A stretch of 64,000 nt of DNA from contig OZ237762.1 of NCBI GenBank assembly GCA_965178125.1, positions 62,001 through 126,000 of the forward strand, read 5' to 3'. The notes below the pieces were generated by a model. It ran no database searches. It was given only the letters and a program-made list of their open reading frames with translations, and was not told where the DNA came from. The first letter of the stretch is position 1. Every line of letters starts with the position of its first letter. The translations under genes and the position numbers were made by a program. Positions 56,381-64,000 of the stretch are shown here, in pieces. This DNA comes from Bilabrum cf. latius. Its lineage: Eukaryota.

Positions 56381-58793
56381 GTGGCCCGCTGGCCAGCTGC
56401 AAAGCCCCGCATCCTCGTCCACCCGGTGGAGTCGAATGCCGTGCAGCAGCCCCAGCCCGTCAGTGGCCCGCTGGCCAGCTGCAAAGCCCCGCATCCTCGT
56501 GCACCCGGTGGAGTCGAATGCCGTGCAGCAGCCCCAGCCCGTCATTGGCCTGCTGGCCAGCTGCAAAGCCCCGCATCCTCGTGCACCCGGTGGAGTCGAA
56601 TGCCGTGCAGCTGCCCCAGCCCATCAGTGGCCCGCTGGCCAGCTGCAAAGCCCCGCATCCTCGTGCACCCGGTGGAGTCGAATGCCGTGCTGCTGCCCCA
56701 GCCCGTCAGTGGCCCGCTGGCCAGCTGCAAAGCCCCGCATCCTCGTCCACCCGGTGGAGTCGAATGCCGTGCAGCAGCCCCAGCCCATCAGTGGCCCGCT
56801 GGCCAGCTGCAAAGCCCCGCATCCTCGTGCACCCGGTGGAGTCGAATGCCGTGCTGCTGCCCCAGCCCATCAGTGGCCCGCTGGCCAGCTGCAAAGCCCC
56901 GCATCCTCGTGCACCCGGTGGAGTCGAATGCCGTGCAGCTGCCCCAGCCCGTCAGTGGCCCGCTGGCCAGCTGCAAAGCCCCGCATCCTCGTGCACCCGG
57001 TGGAGTCGAATGCCGTGCAGCAGCCCCAGCCCGTCAGTGGCCCGCTGGCCAGCTGCAAAGCCCCGCATCCTCGTGCACCCGGTGGAGTCGAATGCCGTGC
57101 TGCTGCCCCAGCCCGTCAGTGGCCCGCTGGCCAGCTGCAAAGCCCCGCATCCGCGTCCACCCGGTAGAGTCGAATGCCGTGCAGCTGCCCCAGCCCATCA
57201 GTGGCCCGCTGGCCAGCTGCAAAGCCCCGCATCCTCGTCCACCCGGTGGAGTCGAATGCCGTGCTGCTGCCCCAGCCCATCAGTGGCCCGCTGGCCAGCT
57301 GCAAAGCCCCGCATCCTCGTCCACCCGGTGGAGTCGAATGCCGTGCTGCTGCCCCAGCCCGTCAGTGGCCCGCTGGCCAGCTGCAAAGCCCCGCATCCTC
57401 GTGCACCCGGTGGAGTCGAATGCCGTGCAGCTGCCCCAGCCCATCAGTGGCCCGCTGGCCAGCTGCAAAGCCCCGCATCCTCGTGCACCCGGTGGAGTCG
57501 AATGCCGTGCAGCTGCCCCAGCCCGTCAGTGGCCCGCTGGCCAGCTGCAAAGCCCCGCATCCTCGTGCACCCGGTGGAGTCGAATGCCGTGCAGCAGCCC
57601 CAGCCCGTCAGTGGCCCGCTGGCCAGCTGCAAAGCCCCGCATCCTCGTCCACCCGGTGGAGTCGAATGCCGTGCTGCTGCCCCAGCCCGTCAGTGGCCCG
57701 CTGGCCAGCTGCAAAGCCCCGCATCCTCGTGCACCCGGTGGAGTCGAATGCCGTGCAGCTGCCCCAGCCCATCAGTGGCCCGCTGGCCAGCTGCAAAGCC
57801 CCGCATCCTCGTCCACCCGGTGGAGTCGAATGCCGTGCAGCAGCCCCAGCCCATCAGTGGCCCGCTGGCCAGCTGCAAAGCCCCGCATCCTCGTGCACCC
57901 GGTGGAGTCGAATGCCGTGCAGCTGCCCCAGCCCATCAGTGGCCCGCTGGCCAGCTGCAAAGCCCCGCATCCTCGTGCACCCGGTGGAGTCGAATGCCGT
58001 GCAGCTGCCCCAGCCCGTCAGTGGCCCGCTGGCCAGCTGCAAAGCCCCGCATCCTCGTGCACCCGGTGGAGTCGAATGCCGTGCAGCAGCCCCAGCCCGT
58101 CAGTGGCCCGCTGGCCAGCTGCAAAGCCCCGCATCCTCGTGCACCCGGTGGAGCCGAATGCCGTGCAGCTGCCCCAGCCCGTCAGTGGCCCGCTGGCCAG
58201 CTGCAAAGCCCCGCATCCTCGTCCACCCGGTGGAGTCGAATGCCGTGCAGCTGCCCCAGCCCATCAGTGGCCCGCTGGCCAGCTGCAAAGCCCCGCATCC
58301 TCGTGCACCCGGTGGAGTCGAATGCCGTGCAGCAGCCCCAGCCCATCAGTGGCCCGCTGGCCAGCTGCAAAGCCCCGCATCCTCGTGCACCCGGTGGAGT
58401 CGAATGCTGTGCAGCAGCCCCAGCCCGTCAGTGGCCCGCTGGCCAGCTGCAAAGCCCCGCATCCTCGTCCACCCGGTGGAGTCGAATGCCGTGCTGCTGC
58501 CCCAGCCCGTCAGTGGCCCGCTGGCCAGCTGCAAAGCCCCGCATCCTCGTCCACCCGGTGGAGTCGAATGCCGTGCAGCTGCCCCAGCCCATCAGTGGCC
58601 CGCTGGCCAGCTGCAAAGCCCCGCATCCTCGTGCACCCGGTGGAGTCGAATGCCGTGCAGCAGCCCCAGCCCATCAGTGGCCCGCTGGCCAGCTGCAAAG
58701 CCCCGCATCCTCGTGCACCCGGTGGAGTCGAATGCCGTGCAGCAGCCCCAGCCCATCAGTGGCCCGCTGGCCAGCTGCAAAGCCCCGCATCCT
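56381..58793. repeat. 82-bp GC-rich tandem satellite, about 29.4 copies
   Basis: Exact 82-nt periodicity (track ORFs recur every 82 nt); variation mostly at four positions. Confidence 0.98.
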
Positions 58794-59048
58794 TGTTCTA
58801 TATAGTAGAAATAGAGTTATCATAACTCCACATTTTGGCGGATAACATAAGAGGTCAATATTAACCACTTCACAACATCTTAAGCCGTAGTCCTTCATAA
58901 TGTCCTTCACTTGAACATAATAATTTAATAGCTATTTATTCATATATCTACCTAATTTAATACCTTCGCGCCGTTAATGTCTATCTGTTAGACCTTTACT
59001 TTACTTAATCTGTTGAGTGAATCCCTAGCCTAAGTCTTAGGATATGCC

Positions 59049-60235
59049 CGCCCGAAATTGCGGAAATATATAGTCATTTAAGAATATATGTTCGCAATTC
59101 TGGGCGCGTAGGTGTATTGAGTTTTATATTATGATTTGGTTTTAAGTATCAATTGACATTTACCACTTTAGAAAATAACTAAATAAATACTTAAAGAGAT
59201 TGACAGAAGTATTAAAGTCTTTTTAATACTTCCAATGAAAAATTTAAATTAATAAATAAAACTAAACTAATATATCAACTTAATTTATCTCTTTTTTTAT
59301 TACTTGTCAATCTATACTTAAATAATTGAATATTTAAATATAACTAGAAGGAGATATTAATCACTTTATAAAGTCTTTTATATGTCATCTCTTCAAAACT
59401 TCAAATATAAGGGTATCCCCTTAAAAATACATCCTTTAATCTATCGCCCGAAATTGCGGTAATATTATAGCTATTCAAGATATATTTCCGCAATTCTGGG
59501 CGCGTAGGTGTATTGATTTTTATTTTTCATAATTCTTTAAATATGTTAAAGTCCTTTGTTTGAGTATATGATATAAAGGAATACAAAGCGGGATAACTTA
59601 AAAATGATAAATGTTTTGACGATGACTTTAAAATGACTCAATGAACTGGTTTATGTCAAGTGTATTACTTTGAAATGATTAATCACTAGATTAAATGGAA
59701 AATATAGGATAATTAAATATGGTATAGTATAATACTAGCGCCCGAAATTGCGGTAATATATTAGGATATTAAGATATATTGTCGCAATTCTGGGCGCGTA
59801 GGTGTATTGAGTTTTATATTTTGTTAATTTTGACATAGTTATCTTATAGAGGTGTAATTTTGTAATAAAGATATTTCTAGTATGTGCTATATTAAATGTC
59901 CAGAAATGACGGCCCGAAATTGCGGAAATATATTAGGATATTAAGAGATATTGTCGCAATTCTGGGCGCGTAGGTGTCTTCAATAATTAATAATCAACTA
60001 CTTCTTTATTTTGATTAATTTTTTTGACTTACCGTTCATTTTATTGACCACTTAACGGGATATCACAAAAAGACTTAACCACTTGACGAGATATTTTAAA
60101 ATAACTAATAATAAATATGACCGCCCCAAATTGTATCTCCAGATATGACCGCCCCAAATTGTATCTCCAGATATGACCGCCCCAAATTGCGGAAATATAT
60201 AAGTATCAAGAAAATTATGTTTGCAATTCTGGGCG
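59049..60235. repeat. Five dispersed imperfect palindromes: CGCCCGAAATTGCG-N30-CGCAATTCTGGGCG
   Basis: Copies start at 59049, 59445, 59739, 59911 and 60178; two 28-bp half-site tandem copies at 60115-60170. Confidence 0.95.
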
Positions 60236-60339
60236 CTCACCCGTATTCAATTTTACATATTCACTAACTCATACCACTTATTTTAAGTCATTTTCTAGTT
60301 TTAAAAACTTAAAGATTTATCTAGTATATTACTATAGTA

Positions 60340-60549
60340 ATGCCAGATATTAAAGATGTATTAAAATAGGTTCAAGACATTATGGAAGATTATCAAAGAC
60401 TCAAGGAATAGGAGACCAAAAAGAAGGAAGCTATTAAAAAAGCTAAATAGAAATATTACCAAAAGAATCAAGAGAAATGGAAGGGGTACTATTAGAAGAG
60501 AAAACAGGTTAAGGATGAACCAGATACAGAAGGATTAAATAAGACTTAA
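60340..60549 (+). CDS. Small basic viral-type protein (69 aa, four TAGs); absent from the ORF track
   Basis: MPDIKDVLK*VQD...KYYQKNQEKWKGYY*KRK...; TAA stop. Confidence 0.7.
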
Positions 60550-60581
60550 AAATATATTTTATTATTATAGTATTATTAATA

Positions 60582-60794
60582 ATGGATTTAATAGATACCA
60601 AATCAAATAATCAAGTTATCAATAAACCAATACATCAATTACAAGACTTACCAATAGAGTTTCAAGAGACTATAAGTTATTTACTAATCGGGAAATCCCC
60701 AGCAGAAATTGAAAAATTTAAAAATACTCTAGTTGTGCGCGAAAATCCATCTCAATCCTTTAAGCCAAAATAGTGCGTCTAGAAAATGACTTAA
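60582..60794 (+). CDS. Small hypothetical viral protein (70 aa)
   Basis: ATG after the shared upstream motif; two TAGs and then TAA. Confidence 0.5.
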
Positions 60795-60824
60795 AAAATT
60801 ATCTTTAGTATAGTATATACTAGA

Positions 60825-63623
60825 ATGACGACCGAACACATATCTAACCCTGTTTATTTCTCAATAGCTCACAACTCTAAACAACCACTTATTAAGTCTT
60901 GGTAGAATTTGGAATCTACTAAACTTATCACCAGAAAGTCAAATCTTAATGTTGGATTACTAACTGGAAGACGTGCAGGTTTCTTTGTCCTTGACTTAGA
61001 TTGTGAAAAAGAGAAAAATAAAACTGAATTTCAAAATGGTAAGTTTATTGCGGAATATGGTAGTGTTGATAAGTTTATTCAAGAGATGAATACTTACACT
61101 GTCAAGTCTCCCAATGGATATCATTTGTATTTTAAGTATGAAGAAGAGTTTAGTAAGAGGTCAGTAAATAGAAAAGAACATATAGATGTGATCACAAATG
61201 ATAGCTTTATCATGTGTCCTCCTAGCTCTATCAACGGTAAGAAATACGAACTAATACAAAAGACATCCGTGAAAAGAATACCAACTGACGTCAAGATGTT
61301 CATACTACAAAATATCTATTCACCACAACTTACAGCTGAAGACTACCGTTATATGATTAAACCCGAAGAATACAAACAATACTTATATCAATTAGGTAAA
61401 GAGTATTATTCTAATTCATATAACTGGCATCTAGTTTGTAGAGCTACAAGTTATATCGCTAAATACTTAAATCCAGTAGATGGTAATAAGGTATATGATA
61501 TATTTGATGAATGGAGCAAACAAGACGTAGAAAGCTATTAGTCGACTAAGAACAAGATAATTTTTACTCGATTATTACAAAATTCCACTTTTCAATGTGT
61601 TGAATGGTTCTTTAACTAGTTAGATAGTGAAAAGAAACGACTTAGCCTATATTATCGATACAAGATATTCAAGAATAAAGTAGTCAAGAAAGTCAATTAG
61701 AAGATTGACCGTAGATATTTGACTGCTGACGACAAAGGTCGTTATATTAAATTCTTTAAGAAAGGTATCAACTATGCCGTTAAGTCGGGGGCTGGTTCTG
61801 GAAAGACAACTGCTGCTAATGATTTATTTAATAGAGTAGATGACAGCTTTTTATCAGTTGTTAGTCGTATTTTATTAGGTAAGCAATAGATGCGTAGTCT
61901 TCCAAAATCAACTAAATTCTATCAAGACCATAAATACAAATAGGGTGATAGTATTGTTATTACTCCTGAAAGTATTGTTAGTCTTAGCAATTATAACTTT
62001 AAGGATTATATTGTCTTTTTAGATGAGTTTAATAGTATCTTAGAACACTGTTTAAGTTCTACGACTTTATATGGTAGGCGACCAATGAGTTTCATTACTC
62101 TTATTCGTGCTCTTACCACTTGTAAGTAGTTCATAGTAGCAGATGCTGACTTATCTCAAGATGCTCTATATTTCTTAGAATTATTAAAATTAGATTATCA
62201 ATATATTAGGAATGACAGAAACAGGTTCAAGGGCACCAAAACTGTATTTGTTAATGACGAACAGACTTTTAGAGATGAGTTAATGAAACACAAGAAATTT
62301 ATGCTTGCTAGTGATAGTAAGACAAAAGCTGATATAATCAATGAGTTAATTAGTCTTAAAATTATAGATAACGAGAAAGATAAGAAATTAAATAAAATCT
62401 TAATACTTACAGCAGAAAGCGAAGACAAAGACTATGATATGGATATGTTTGATATCATTATCTTCTCACCTAAAGTCATTTACGGGATAGATAGCACTAT
62501 GACTAGACCAGTCTTTGGTTATTTCAAAGGTCATACTATCACACCTCCCCAAATGGTTCAATAGCTTAACAGATGTAGAAACCCATCACATATCACTATA
62601 TTTTTTGATTACTAGAAAGGACGATCTAGCACATATGAAAGTCTTTCACAAGTTAAATCTTTTATGGCTACCTCTTTAAAAGACTACGAAGAATTAGTTA
62701 AATTTGTCAGTGATACATATCCCGACTTCAACGAGGTAGAAGTAGAAGACAAAGTAGAAGAAGAAATGAGCAAAGTTAAAATCATATTCAAAAAACTATA
62801 TCGTAATTATCTTTACAAGGTAGATTGTTATAAGACAAACCCTAAATTACATATGATCAAGTAGTTAATTGATACCGGTTATGACGTGTCTTATGATTTA
62901 TCTGTTAAGATCACCAGATGTAAGGATAAAGAAATCAAAGATACCATTAAAGAAAAACAACTTGAAAATTTTGATATTAATTGTCTTAATGTCAAGAAGA
63001 TTAATAAATATTTAGACTTAGATGAAGGTGATATTGACAAATACAAAGAGTACTTTATTAATAAAGGTAAGTTATCTAATTTATTTAATTTCAATAAATT
63101 CTTTAGACAAGATGATAAGCACTTACTTGTGAAAGCAATTAATAAAGGCGAGTTTGATATTATCAATGCTAAGTCTAGTTCTAGAAAATTAGTCTTACTT
63201 AATAAGATGATTGATACTTTAGGTCTTAAAAGAACTAATCTTGATTATAATATCAAAAAGAAAGTATTAGATCAAGACTTAACAGATGAATATAGGACAG
63301 TGTATGACTGCCAAAGAAGAAGTAAAGTTGACTTATCCACTGATAAAGGTCTTTATTACGAAATACTTAAAGTATATAAATCAATGTTTGGGAAAGACAT
63401 ATTTATGACTTGTAAGAAAAAGAAAATTAACTATGATGTAGAATTTAATTAGGATATTATTGATGAGATGGAATATATCTGGTCTAACAAGAAAAAGACT
63501 CGTGAAGTAGATATATTTGTTGATGATGAAGAGGTTCAATTACCCGATGAAGAGATAGAGGTTGACTTAGACCCCGCTTTATTTGTTGATGAGGATAATG
63601 ATCCACTAGAACAACAAAATTAA
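60825..63623 (+). CDS. Prim-Pol primase fused to a PriCT-like region and an origin-binding-protein-like SF2 helicase (932 aa, 11 TAGs)
   Basis: NVGLLTG, VLDLD, KSPNGYHLYF, FDEWSK; KSGAGSGKTT, SVVSR, VFLDEFNS, ADADL, SPKVIYGID, MVQ*LNRCR; no TAA or TGA until the final TAA. Confidence 0.9.
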
Positions 63624-63685
63624 ATTATGACTTATTAATAAAAAACTTAATAAGACTTAATAATACATACCTTATATAAAATGAC

Positions 63686-64000
63686 TTAGTGGTCTCTTTT
63701 TGTCTTTTTAATTTTTTCTTCTCTCTTCTTCCTTTCACATTCACTTCTTTCAACACGATACATCAGCTCCTAGACGTGTTTCACTTGCTCTTCATATTCT
63801 AACTGTTCCAATGTACTTTCGAGTTTCTTGATAATATTGTCGAATTTAAAACTAAAGACATTCTAACGATAACCATCACCTTTGTCTTTTGGTTTCATCC
63901 ATACATATTTATCAAAGTGATTCTCAATACTTTTACCTATACTACTGACTACATCATCGACACCTACACCTTTAACAAGACATTCATCTATAAAATTTTG
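63686..64000 (-). CDS. 3' part of a hypothetical viral protein (runs off the window)
   Basis: 104 open codons with two TAGs ending in TAA, convergent with the helicase. Confidence 0.6.

Larger units (their letters stand above)
58794..64000. mobile_element. Left part of an AT-rich endogenous DNA virus-like element (virophage/Polinton-like virus or giant-virus-derived)
   Basis: Abrupt drop in GC; about 1.5 kb ORF-poor terminal region; tightly packed intronless ORFs; viral-type primase-helicase. No capsid or integrase gene in the window. Confidence 0.8.

Noticed and set aside
49735-58793. 39-bp and 82-bp arrays as CRISPR or telomeric repeats
   Set aside because: Head-to-tail units with no unique spacers, and far longer than telomeric units.
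55855-58910. 996-, 814- and 543-aa ORFs and the many 62-aa ORFs
   Set aside because: Artefacts of a stop-poor 82-bp tandem repeat; the same peptide cycles through all frames.
59049-60235. CRISPR array
   Set aside because: Repeats are about 60-70 bp with variable interiors and irregular 100-330 bp gaps; no cas genes; eukaryotic context.
58794-64000. Contaminating code-15 bacteriophage or organellar DNA
   Set aside because: No Shine-Dalgarno pattern or organellar genes, a eukaryotic-virus-type primase-helicase, and a code matching the host. Not fully excluded without junction-spanning reads.

Overview
Gene-dense, GC-rich eukaryotic DNA with short GT-AG introns, most likely from a flagellated stramenopile (mastigoneme-type EGF protein, CFAP119; inference). 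The main result is a non-standard nuclear genetic code. In-frame TAG sits at conserved glutamine positions in many housekeeping genes (RPL12, mitochondrial carrier, VPS4, ATG1), while TGA and apparently TAA remain stops, so the supplied ORF track is fragmented and misses whole genes. Positions 1-46.8 kb hold about 21 host genes. At 46.9-55.1 kb a 5'-truncated RLE-type non-LTR retrotransposon is split by a decayed Ngaro/PAT-type tyrosine-recombinase retroelement with split direct repeats. An ankyrin gene and about 29 copies of an 82-bp satellite follow. From about 58.8 kb an abruptly AT-rich, intronless virus-like element (virophage/Polinton-like or giant-virus-derived) uses the same TAG=Gln code with TAA stops. 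It encodes a 932-aa primase-helicase and carries five palindromic origin-like repeats with an invariant 30-nt spacer. All protein family calls come from motif recognition by eye; no database searches were run.
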